Shown here: piece after piece, positions 24,949-36,700 of the stretch
Position numbering within the stretch: the stretch's first letter is position 1
Layout of the letters: each line of letters begins with the position of its first letter
NCBI RefSeq assembly: GCF_963921235.1
Contig: NC_086097.1
Location: 99,698,001 to 99,762,000 of the forward strand
From: Mobula hypostoma
Taxonomy: Eukaryota
Length of the DNA stretch: 64,000 nt
Direction: 5' to 3'
Made by a program: the position numbers and the translations under genes
The notes under the pieces: generated by a model
Told to the model about the DNA's origin: nothing
Seen by the model: only the letters and a program-made list of their open reading frames with translations
Database searches by the model: none

Positions 24949-27208
24949 ACATAGAAACATAGAAACATAGAAAATAGGTACAGGAGTAGGCCATTCGGCC
25001 CTTCAAGCCTGCACCGCCATTCTGTATGATCATGGCTAATCATCCAACTCAGAACCCTGTACCAGCCTTCCCTCCATACCCCCTGATCCCTTTAGCCACA
25101 AGGGCCATATCTAACTCCCTCTTAAATATAGCCAATGAACTGGCCTCAACTGTTTCCTGTGGCAGAGAATTCCACAGATTCACCACTCTCTGTGTGAAGA
25201 AGTTTTTCCTAATCTCGGTCCTAAAAGGCTTCCCCTTTATCCTCAAACTGTGACCCCTCGTTCTGGACTTCCCCAACATCGGGAACAATCTTCCTGCATC
25301 TAGCCTGTCCAATCCCTTTAGGATTTTATACGTTTCAATCAGATCCCCCCTCAATCTTCTAAATTCCAACGAGTATAAGCCTAGTTCATCCAGTCTTTCA
25401 TCATATGAAAGTCCTGCCATCCCAGGAATCAATCTGGTGAACCTTCTTTGTACTCCCTCTATGGCAAGGATGTCTTTCCTCAGATTAGGGGACCAAAACT
25501 GCACACAATACTCCAGGTGTGGTCTCACCAAGGCCTTGTACAACTGCAGTAGTACCTCCCTGCTCCTGTATTCGAATCCTCTTGCTATGAATGCCAGCAT
25601 ACCATTCGCCTTTTTCACCGCCTGCTGTACCTGCATGCCCACTTTCAATGACTGGTGTATAATGACACCCAGGTCTCGTTGCACCTCCCCTTTTCCTAAT
25701 CGGCCACCATTCAGATAATAATTTGTTTTCCTGTTTTTGCCACCAAAGTGGATAACCTCACATTTATCCACATTAAATTGCATCTGCCATGAATTTGCCC
25801 ACTCACCCAACCTACCCAAGTCACCCTGCATCCTCTTAGCATCCTCCTCACAGCTAACACTGCCACCCAGCTTCGTGTCATCCGCAAACTTGGAGATGCT
25901 GCATTTAATTCCCTCATCCAAGTCATTAATATATATTGTAAACAACTGGGGTCCCAGCACTGAGCCTTGCGGTACCCCACTAGTCACCGCCTGCCATTCT
26001 GAAAAGGTCCTGTTTATTCCCACTCTTTGCTTCCTGTCTGCTAACCAATTCTCCACCCACACCAATACCTTACCCCCAATACCATGTGCTTTAAGTTTGC
26101 ACACTAATCTCCTGTGTGGGACCTTGTCAAAAGCCTTTTGAAAATCCAAATATACCACATCCACTGGTTCTCCCCTATCCACTCTACTAGTTACATCCTC
26201 AAAAAATTCTATGAGATTCGTCAGACATGATTTTCCTTTCACAAATCCATGCTGACTTTGTCCGATGATTTCACCGCTTTCCAAATGTGCTGTTATCACA
26301 TCCTTGATAACTGACTCTAGTAGTTTCCCCACCACCGACGTTAGGCTAACTGGTCTATAATTCCCTGGTTTCTCTCTCCCTCCTTTTTTAAAAAGTGGGG
26401 TTACATTAGCCACCCTCCAATCCTCAGGAACTAGTCCAGAATCTAAAGAGTTTTGAAAAATTATCACTAATGCATCCACTATTTCTTGGGCTACTTCCTT
26501 AGACCATCTGGCCCTGGGGATTTATCCGCCTTTAATCCCTTCAATTTACCTAACACCACTTCCCTACTAACATGTATTTCCCTCAGTTCCTCCATCTCAC
26601 TGGACCCTCTGTCCCGTACTATTTCTGAAAGATTATTTATGTCCTCCTTAGTGAAGACAGAACCAAAGTAATTATTCAATTGGTCTGGCATGTCCTTGCT
26701 CCCATAATCAATTCACCTGTTTCTGTCTGTAGGGGACCTACATTTGTCTTAACCAATCTTTTTCTTTTCACATATCTATAAAAGCTTTTACAGTCAGTTT
26801 TTATGTTCCCTGCCAGTTTTCTCTCATAATCTTTTTTCCCTTTCCTAATTAAGCCCTTTGTCCTCCTCTGCTGAACTCTGAATTTCTCCCAGTCCTCAGG
26901 TGAGCCACTTTCTCTGGCTAATTTGTATGCTTCTTCTTTGGAATTGATACTATCCCTAATTTCCCTTGACAGCCACGGGTGCACTGCCGTCCTTGATTTA
27001 TTCTTTTGCCAAACTGGGATGAACAATTGTTGTAGTTCATCCATGCGATCTTTAAATGCTTGCCATTGCATATCCACTGTCAACCCTTTAAGTATCATTT
27101 GCCAGTCTATCTTAGCTAATTCAGGTCTCATACCTTCAAAGTTACCCTTCTTTAAGTTCAGAACCTTTGTTTCTGAATTAATTATGTCACTCTCCATCTT
27201 AATGAAGA
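24949..27208 (-). mobile_element. 5'-truncated CR1 LINE with an intact 476-codon RT segment
   Basis: ORF 25049-26479 (GVPQGSVLGP, FADD); the 3' tail reads (ATAGAAAC)n on +; short deletion/frameshift near 26490. Confidence 0.95.
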
Positions 27209-27784
27209 ATGACCCTTTGTGGAAATTATGGTGAAACTTCTCATTGGTGGCATTTGGTAAGTAAGTAATTACTTTTAAACTAGTAAAAATACATGATTAC
27301 CAGTCTTTTTCTTTACTTGCTTGATAATTATATTTTATGATAATTAGTGAGTGCAACTGTACAATACTTTGTCATATTATTAAATTAAGTATTATATGTT
27401 TTATTGTACCAGTTATACACTGAAATGTAGTGATAGGCTATAATGTTGTTAATGCCTTAACCATCACTATATTTCTGTGGAGCTCTGGAATTCGTATATT
27501 TCTTTCATCTTGGTTTAGTGCTTGACATTAATAAGAAGCCCTATATATATATATATATATGCCATTTGTGTACCTGCTCATTACATGAATGGGGCAAGGA
27601 AGTTGCCCAGTGCATGAAATGAGCAGGTGCACAAATACAGAGAGGAAATGGCAAGCCTTTTGTCAGCTCCGGCACCCCTGTCTCCAGCTCCTCCTCGCCC
27701 ACTCTGCAACTTCAAACCAACTGTCCGATGGGAGGTGTGAAGAACAGGAGCGCGGATCCCAGATGCCGGGCCCACCCCCTCCTC

Positions 27785-27852
27785 TGACGTCATTGGCGCC
27801 GGGTCCGTTGGGTCTCTCCAGCCAATGAGCGATCAGCGAGGGAGAATTTAAA
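27785..27852 (+). promoter_or_regulatory. NUSAP1 proximal promoter: CRE, two CCAAT boxes, E2F-like site, CHR-like TTTAAA
   Basis: TGACGTCA 27785-27792; ATTGG 27792-27796 overlapping TTGGCGCC; CCAAT 27822-27826; TTTAAA 27847-27852; CpG-rich, just upstream of ATG 27912. Confidence 0.7.
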
Positions 27853-27911
27853 CGCGGCGCGCCGTTAGTGAGCGCGGGATTGACCTGACTCGGTTCGACA
27901 GGCGGGTGGCC

Positions 27912-27986
27912 ATGGAGCTGGATGGACTGAAATACGCGGAGCTGCAGCAGCTCGCCAAAAAGTGCGGCCTGAAGGCGAATCTGAGG
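27912..27986 (+). CDS. NUSAP1: Nucleolar and spindle-associated protein 1, coding exon 1 (SAP-like domain)
   Basis: Kozak gccATGG; MELDGLKYAELQQLAKKCGLKANLR resembles the NUSAP1 N-terminus; GTGAGC donor. Confidence 0.93.
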
Positions 27987-28088
27987 GTGAGCGGGACCCG
28001 GGCGTCATGGTTTATTTCTATTTCACGTGTCGCGAGGTGAATCGATTCTTTTAAACCCACTAAATATCTTCATCTGTTTTAAACTCAG

Positions 28089-28157
28089 GCTGACAAGTTA
28101 TGTAAACTCTTGCAAGAGTATTTCGAGAACCAGGCGACAGTCGACGCTCATGTGCAG
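28089..28157 (+). CDS. NUSAP1: NUSAP1 coding exon 2
   Basis: cag|ADKLCKLLQEYFENQATVDAHVQ|gtatga; phase 0-0. Confidence 0.9.
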
Positions 28158-29999
28158 GTATGAGTGTGAAATCCTTTGAACTTTTAACGTGTTTTGTGAG
28201 ATTCGGGGGAAAATTCAGCTTGTACCACTGCAAAGTGACTGGCGGTGTTGTTAAAGACAGTGAAGGGTGGGCAAGATCTTGCCAGGTTTGAATATAGTAA
28301 GTAGAGAGGAGTTTCAAAGGTCACAATTTTGAACTTACTCGGCAAAAGACAGGATGTGCAGGCAAGCGTTTTGTTATTGTTTAGAGTGTGCATATACTTG
28401 AAAGGAGGACTGGTGCATTGGGTCACAATTGGATTTGAAAATGCCCTCAGAGAAAGAGCAGGGAATGGGTGTAGCTCCCCAAGGAACAAATGTGTTTTAG
28501 TAATGCTCCAAAATGCCAAAGATCGTTGGTTATATTTTACTATGCCGCTTTTAACGGGGCGAGAGGGGAGGCACTATCAGTGGGCGGTGTTTAAATCTGA
28601 CCTGCAAGAGGTCACAATACAGCGAACTGTTTTCAAGTCAAGGTCTCTCTTTTCCTGGTCCTTTCTTGGAGATGAGGGTTACAGGGCGTTGTAAATAAAT
28701 TAATGAGCCACCATCAAGCTGGGTGGGAGCAGATACAGAGAGGGAGTAAATTTGACAGTGGCAAGTAGTTTTAGTTTTGCACTTCATACTAATTGGAATA
28801 ATAGCTATAATACCTGGATTTGGAGGGAAAATGTCAATGCTTTGCCAAATTGGTGCATGTATTTTCCCATTTGTTCTGCATCCTTATGTTCCAATTAAAA
28901 TGGGATTTAATATACTCAGGCTATCAGTTCAACCCTTTGATGGGCAATCTTTTCATGTGTGCTCCATCAGCTGTAACAATTGTTTATTGTTTCTGCTCAT
29001 ATTTACTAGGAACTTGTATGTCAGGAACTTGTGTGGTCTTTGCAGATTTCTTTTTGCTGTTAGAACTTGCTGCTGCTTGATGTGTAAATTGTGCCATAAC
29101 TACTGAAGGAGCTTTAGTTGTCAGAGTTGGGGGCAATATAAAACTAGTTAGGGTATCTACAGTGTTTTCAGCAACTTCCTTAACAATTTAGAAGACTGAT
29201 TGAATCAAAGGAATTGCATGGAATAAATAGATAATCAGACTCGGGACCTCCCCAGTTTATGAATGCCTGGTTTACGGACACCAAATGTGTGAATGAACCA
29301 CAACAACTGAGGGCTGGACAAGGAGCCCAGCATCCAGAGCACTGAGCAGTCTCGCTGCCTCCTTCACTGAGGCAGAGAGGCCAGCTGGTGGCCACTCTGA
29401 CAGCACAGCTGCTTCTGTGACCCTGTCACAATACTCTGTTTTTCTTCATTTCCAACTCAACAAACAGTTTGGGTTCCAAACAGTACCCTGAGCTGAACCC
29501 TGCCGTAACCTGGGGGCTGCATGTAACCAAGTTTGTATCAGGTATAAAGATAAACAGCACTGTAACACATGGGCATTTGATTATGATAAATCAAATAATG
29601 TATTTTCCCCAGAAAATAAGGTATTTCACCTTGGATCAAAGGAAAAAAAATTGCTCCCTAAATCAGTGCCACACAACTATGAGGGGATTAGAAAGACCAC
29701 TTGAAACCTGAGGGAGTTCACATGAAAAGCTTTTTATTTCAGATGCAGGTTTTTTTGTCATTTATGTAATTTCTCAAATCCAAAGTTTATTAACAGCTTA
29801 AGTTCTGATTGGATTGTTCAAGACATGGGTTATTGGCAAGGTAATAATGCTTTTATTTAAAATGTTGTTAATTATGACTGGTACTTGACAGCATGGCTTT
29901 TCTAGCAGTTTTTTTAAGAATCAGCTATCTGAATTTTTGACATAACTTTAATCTCGACTATTCCTTTGCAAATTAGAATGATTGCTTCTTTAATCAAGT

Positions 30000-31240
30000 T
30001 TAGTGGAGGAGTGGTAACATTCCTCCTCACTCTGTCAACACCAGTAAACCTCAAGTGTGTGTGCTTAGCCCATTGCTCTACTTTCTCTGCACATATGACC
30101 ATGCGGGTAGGCACCACTCAAACACCACCTATAAATTCACCAATGACCCACTGTTGTTGGCAGAATTTCAGTTGGTGTGAAGAAGGCGTACAGGTGGAAT
30201 ATTGGCTGGTTGTATGGTGTCCCAACAACAACCTTGTGTTCAATGTCAGTAAGACCAAGGAATTGATTGTGGATTTCAGGAAGGGGCAGTTGGGAGAATG
30301 TACACTGGCAGTGGTGCAGTGCTAGCCGGAGCGTGTCCTGCACATCTTTAAGAAAAAAAGCCGAAATAAACAAGCTAATTAATTAGGTGCTGCCCAGGGT
30401 GATCTGAGTATCTCAGAAACTGTTGATCTCCTGGGATTTTTACACACAACAGACTCTGAAGTTTACAAAGAATGGTGCCAAAAACAAAAACATTCTGTGA
30501 GTGAAAACATCTTGTTAAATCCACTCACTGGATGTTTTTTGTTTTGGCACTGTTCTTTGGAAACTCCAGAGTTGTGCGTAAAAATGCCAGGAGATCAGCA
30601 GTCTCTGAGATACTCGGGTCACCATGGGCAGCACCTAATTAATTTGCTGGTTTATTTTGGCTTTTTTCTTAACGATGTGCTCTGGCTAGCGCTGCACCCT
30701 GTACATCAGTCCTCAGTAATGAGTTAGTAAGGTAAAGGATGAGCAGCTTCTGGGCACCAGCACCTCAGAGGATCTATCCAGGGCCAACACATTGATGCAG
30801 TCATGAAGAAGGCATGCCAGTAGGAGTTTGAGGTGGTTTGAGACTTGAAAATTTCCACAGATGTACCATGGAGAGCATTCTAACTAGTTATATCACTGCT
30901 ATGGAGATGCTGATACACGGAATCGTAAGATGCTGTATTAATAGTCAGTTTCATCACAGGCACAAGCCCCCCACCATTCAGGAAATCTTCATCTCCAAAA
31001 CATCCATCATGAAGAACCCTACCATGCCCTCTTGTAATTACTACCAACAGGAAGGAGGTATAGGAGCCTGAAAGACGAGCTTCTTCCCCTCCGCCTCTGC
31101 CACCAGACCCCTGCACAGTCCATGAACACTAGCTTACTGTTCCTCACTGCACTAGTTATTTTATTGTAACTTGCAGTAAATTAGTATGCTTACCACAAAA
31201 TAAAATAATTCACAGCGGTGACAACAACTCTAATTCTGAT
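30000..31240 (+). mobile_element. Degenerate Rex1/Babar LINE fragment in intron 2
   Basis: WCPNNNLVFNVSKTKELIVDFRK and NFHRCTMESILTSYITA; split by the MITE at 30309. Confidence 0.8.
30309..30701. mobile_element. Foldback MITE with hAT-like ends and Tc1-like inner arms
   Basis: About 190-bp inverted arms around a ~20-bp spacer; ends CAGTGGTGCAG / CTGCACCCTG; 8-bp flanks TACACTGG / TACATCAG. Confidence 0.8.
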
Positions 31241-32594
31241 TCCGTGAGGCACTGCTTTAGGAATATCAGGCTTTAGTTTCGCCTGGAGTTTTTTAATTGT
31301 CTTGATTTGTCCTGTATACTGTACTTGTTTTCCAAATGTACATTAAAAACTGACAAGGCCAGTATTTAATGCTCGAGTTACTTTTGAACAGCTATAATCT
31401 TTCTGATTTGAATGCATTATATAGATCTGTTGTAAATCCGGAACAATGCTCACAAATAGGATGTATCAAAAAAGTCATGAAAATGGATGGTTTCTGAATC
31501 ATTTCATCTATAGGAATAGAGCAGATTCTGTTATTTGGTGTTCAGTTCATGATGTTAAATAACCTTTTCACTACCTCTAGTCATGTGGATAACTTCAGTG
31601 TTCTTGTGTCTCTGCTAAACTTGGAAAATCATTACTTAAGTAAATTCTGAAACTTCCCTGTAGTTGCCCAGGGGGAACCTGGCAGACAGGATAATAAGAG
31701 TTTATCTTGCTGCAGGTGGCCATAGAAAATGTTCAGTTTAATACAGCAGAGAGAAAAGGTAATTTGATTGAGATCATCTGAAGTTGCTTCTTAACTTGAG
31801 TTACATATTTAGATTATTAAGATAAGCAGTCAGGAAAGCAAGATAACAGTGCCAATTGTCATTTTCCAGGTACGTCAAAGGCTTTTATTTTGCTATCAAA
31901 AAATATTTTGATCTTTTGTGAAATTTTCTAATTCTGGTATTGTAGGCAATGGCAACAGTACCAGAGGCCAAGATTTTATTGATCTAGAGCTGGGAGCCCA
32001 AATTCTATCACCTGTAGAAATATCAAATATGATTGAATATATTTATGCTTATTGATCTTAAGCTCTGGAATAAACTGCCTTGTCATAAAAATTCACTTTG
32101 TTCATTTTGGGGAAGGAAATTTATCCCTTCATCCTTTTTCGACCAAGTAGGACTTCAGAACTGACTCTTTACTAACCTTTGAAATAGCTGAGCAAGTCAA
32201 TCAGTCTAGGGCAGTTCTAGCTGGAAGATTAAAGGGAGGCAACCATACAGATTATTATCCCTCAAACAAATGTTTTGAAAGTGGTGAAAAACCTGTGTAT
32301 TACAACAGCATAAAATTTTTGAGAACTGTTTATGGGAGAGGATCAGAGAAAAGACTGTGGTAGCAGAGTTACACACTGGAAAGGCAGCCACCACCTGGCC
32401 TCACTGATTTGATGAGTGACTGCAGTAGCAGGCAAATTCATCCTATCAGCCTCAAATATCACTGAGTATTCACCGATGAGTGACTATATGTGACCCTTGG
32501 CTTTAGGGACAAGAATGTGAAACAAGCATTTGATTTTTTTTTAAACTTGAAATTTATTGGCTTTTGTACAGACTTTGTTCCCACTTGTTTCCAG

Positions 32595-32768
32595 GCTTCA
32601 GAAGATGATAAATGTAGTACAACAATTTTAAAAGAAGGGGATGACATTTATGTGACTAAACGACGGGGCAAGGGAAGGCTGTCAAATAAAAGCAAGGGAA
32701 AGCAGAAAGAAAATCAGAATGAATCTGGAAATCAACAGGCAACTTCTGAAATTGAACAACCTTCAATG
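32595..32768 (+). CDS. NUSAP1: NUSAP1 coding exon 3
   Basis: ccag|ASEDDK...YVTKRRGKGR...EQPSM|gtaatg; phase 0-0. Confidence 0.85.
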
Positions 32769-32861
32769 GTAATGATTCAGTTTAATCTATTGTCTAATGT
32801 GCAAGTTTACATTGTAATTGTATTCCACATAATTTTAAATATTTTATTAAATATTTGGTAG

Positions 32862-33048
32862 GTGGTCTCACCACTTTCAGAAAATTGTCAGAACTTAGAG
32901 GGTTCAGACTCCAAGAGAAAACAAAGAAAACGACATGCACAATTTCAGCTTTCTACAGACAATGAAAATGAAAGAATTCCTGATGAGAATGTTGCTGCAA
33001 CTCATTGCAGGCATTTACCAACTGAGGAAGCAACTGTCACATCTAAAG
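32862..33048 (+). CDS. NUSAP1: NUSAP1 coding exon 4
   Basis: tag|VVSPLSEN...TVTSK+G|gtagaa; phase 0-1, consistent with exon 5. Confidence 0.8.
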
Positions 33049-33269
33049 GTAGAAATGTGCAATTTTTTTCAACTTTATTACAAGCACTGGAAATAATAGG
33101 GACTGAATGGTTTCAAATGCATATTTTGTTAAGTGTGATTAAGACCATAAAACAGGAGCAGAATTAGGCCATCTTGCCCATTGAGTATGGTCTGCCATTT
33201 GAGCTATTATTCCTCTGAACTCTACTTGCTTGCCTTCACCCAGTAACCCTTAACACCCTAACTACTCTA

Positions 33270-34230
33270 CTCGCTTTACACTTATAACTGTGTAGCGAAG
33301 CACAGCTCCAGTGCTGTATTCATGTTTGCTGATGACACCACTGTCACAGGCTGAATCAAAAGTGGTGATGAACCAGCATACAGGAGGGAGATCAAATGGT
33401 GTAATAATAACAACAACCTCGCACTCAGTGTTGGTAGGATCAAGGAACAGATCATAGACTTCAGGAGAGGGAATCCAGAGGTCCATGAGCCAGGCTTCAT
33501 CGGAGGATTAGGGGTTGGAGAGTGTTAGCAACATTGAATTCCTGGGTATTACTATTCCCGAGGACCTGTCCTGGACAAAGCAAGTAGGTGCAATTACAAA
33601 GAAAGTGCAGCAGCGCCTCTACTTCCTTAGGAGTTTGCGTATAGCATGACAGCTTAAAACTTTGACAAACTTCTACAGATGTGTGGTGGAGAGTATATTG
33701 ACTGGCTGCATCAGAGCCTGGTATGGAAACACCAATGCCTGTGAACAGAAAATCCTGCAAAAAGTAGTGGATTGAACCCAGTACGTCAGGGGCAAGACAT
33801 CCCCGCCATTGAGCACTTCTACATGAAAGGCTGTGGTAGAAAAGCAGAATCCATCATCAGAGATCCCAGCCACCCAGGTCATACTCTCTCCTCACTGCTG
33901 CCGTCAGGTGGAAGGTTCAAGAACAGTTGTTGCCCCTCAGCCATCAAGCCCATCAGAATAAAAGGGGATAACTACACTCAACTTGGCCATTGTTGAAATG
34001 TTCCCACAAGTAATATTCTCACTTTCAATGACTTTTTATCTCATGTTGTCATTATTTATTGTTTTTTAAATTTTTATTTGCATAGTTTGTTGTCTTCTGC
34101 ACTCTGGTTGATCTTTCACTAATCCTGTTAGTTACTATTCTATAGATTACTGAATATGTCTGCAGGAAGATGAATCTCAAATTTGTATATGGTGCAATAT
34201 GTATTTTGATAATAAAATGTTCTTTGAACT
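33270..34230 (+). mobile_element. Rex1/Babar LINE 3' fragment
   Basis: FADDTTV-like segment, IIRDPSHPGHTLSSLLPSGG, AATAAA then tail. Confidence 0.8.
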
Positions 34231-36700
34231 TGCTAATCAAGAACCTATCAAACTCTAATTATATCCAGCAATGTGGCCTCCACAGCTATCTAAGGCAATA
34301 AATTCTACAGATTCACCATTGACTAACTAAAGAAATTCATTCTCACCTCTGTTCAAATGGGCCGTCCTTGTATTCTGAGGCCATGTCCTCTGGTTCTAGA
34401 CTGCGCACTATTGGAAATATCATGTCCACTCTACCTTGGCCTTTCAATATTCAATATGTTTCAATGAGATCTCCCCTTACTCTTCTAAGCCCCAGTGACC
34501 CAGAACCATCAAATGCTCCTCATATATTAACCCTTTCATTCCTGGGATCTTTCTTGTGAACCTCCTCTGAACCCTCTCCAAAGTTACTCACAATACTCTT
34601 GCGTGCAGTCTGACCAATGCCTTACAAAACCTCAGCATTGCACTCTTGATGTTATATTCTAGTCCTCTGAAAATGAGCGCTATCACTGCCTTTGCCTTCA
34701 TTACTGTCAATACAACCTACGTGTTAACTTTTAGGGAACACTGCACTAGGACTCCCAAGTTCCTCTGCAGCTTCAATTTCTAAATTTACTTGTTTAGAAA
34801 AAGTCTTCATCTTTATTCCTTCTACCAAACTGCATGATCATACACTTTCCTACACTGTATTCCATTCTCCTAATCTGTCCAAGTCCTTCAGGAGATCCCC
34901 TGCTTCCACAAAACTACCTGCTCCTCCATAATCTTTGTTTCATCTGCAAACTTAGCCATAAAACCATCAATTCTATCATCCAAATCATTGACATATGACC
35001 TTTTAATAAAAAAAAAGTGGAACATCACAAAGGCCTCTTTGTCTCCTGCCAGTCAGCCAGTCTTCTGTCCATGCTAGGATGTCTGCCTATGGGTTCTTAC
35101 CTTGTTTAGCAGCCTCATCTTGTCAAAGCCCTTCCAGTATATCCAAGTAAACAACATTCATTAACAGGTAGTTTGCCAATCCTCTTCCATCTTATTTTGA
35201 AAGAAACATTTGCACATGACTTTATCAAGCAGAAACAAAAGTATTTTATGTAACTATTTGAACCTTACAATTGTTAACTAATTTGGCAATATATTCCCTC
35301 ACATTTTTTTAGGATACTAACTCAAAACTTACCAAAGTTACCCAAATTCTATCTTTATTTTGTACCACTAGTCAGTCATTGTTGGATCAGAGCCCCAGGG
35401 TGAGACCTTTTCAGGATTTGAATACAAAAACAGGAGAAAGCAATGAGCAGATGTGAGCCACACTCCTGATCACATCTGCTCCAACTCTTGTTTTCCACAT
35501 GGTTCTCAATTCTCTGATGTTTCAGAAGTGTATCTACTCCTTTTTAAGTACCTCTAATGTAACCTCCAAATTCTCTGGGGTAGTGAATTTCGGAGATTGC
35601 TCAAAGAAATTCCTATGGACTTAAGTTTTAAGTAATCATCTACTACATCCCATTGTTGGAGATTCTTCCACTAGTGGAAACATCTCAACATATAGCCCTC
35701 TATTTTTGAGCTCCATGTACCTATCCAGGAGTGTCTTAAAAGACCCTATGTGTCCGTCTCCGCCGCTGTTGCCGGCAGCTTGTTCCACACACTCACCACT
35801 CTCTGCATATTACTTTTTTTGTTTGTTTGTTTTTTTTTAAACAACAACTTACCCCTGACATCTCCTCTGTACCTCTGGATAATGTAATCTGGCTCAGAAA
35901 TTTTGCAGATGACACAAGATTGGGGACATACTAGTAAGCGAGGAAGGCTATCAAAGGTTGTGAGATTTGGACCCAGCAGGAGAAGTAGGCTGAAAAGTGG
36001 CAAAGGTATTGTACTTTGGTAGGACAAGCCACAATAAATGACAGGACACTGGGGAGGTTGAACAGCAGGATCTGGGATTATAGATTAATTACTCTTTCAA
36101 AGTGGCATCACAGATAGATGGGGGCATAAAGAGAATCCTCTGGCAGATTGACCTTCATAAATCAAAGTACTAAGTACAGGAGTTGGAATGTTATGTTGAG
36201 GGTGGAGTGAGTGTGAAACATCCTGCCAGAGGAAGTGGTGGATACAAGTTCAATTTCAACAGTTAAGAGAAGTTTGGATAACTACATGGACAAGGAGTAT
36301 GAAGGGCTATGGTGGGGTGGGTTGATGGGACTAGGCAAAGTAACAGTTTAGCATGGACTAGATGGGCCAAAGCTAATGTCTAACCCAATTACTACCTCAT
36401 CCTGACTGCCAAGCAACTTAAACCTTCTTGACCAACCTCCCATGCGGGTCTTTGTCAGAGGTCTTGCTAAAGTCCATGTAGGCAACATCCACTGACTTTC
36501 CTTCATCGAGTTTCTTGGTAATCTCCACAAAAAAAAACACAGCACTCTAGGATTGTGCGTGGTTGGTCATCCTAACCAAAGTCATGTTGACCTTCCTTAA
36601 ACAGGCCCTTAGAATACTTACCAATAATTTACCTACTGCTGATGTCAGACTCATTGGCCTATAATTTCCCTGTTTACTCTTGGGACCTTTCTTGAACAAC
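34230..36700. mobile_element. Cluster of old CR1 fragments in both orientations
   Basis: FADDTRL and VAYMDFSKT-like remnants; CR1 3' UTR-like segments. Confidence 0.65.

Larger units (their letters stand above)
17534..27680 (+). mobile_element. hAT DNA transposon (KIAA1586/ZNF862-like) carrying nested insertions
   Basis: Terminal inverted repeats CAGGGGTGC (17534) and GCACCCCTG (27672-27680); 8-bp flanks TCTACAGT and TCTCCAGC (6/8); internal hAT transposase remnant. Confidence 0.75.

Noticed and set aside
25049..26479. 476-aa ORF as a cellular gene
   Set aside because: It is the RT part of a 5'-truncated CR1 with its tail and no endonuclease
27581..27793. 70-aa antisense ORF at the NUSAP1 promoter
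   Set aside because: It crosses the hAT boundary, has no recognisable homology, and is expected by chance in GC-rich DNA
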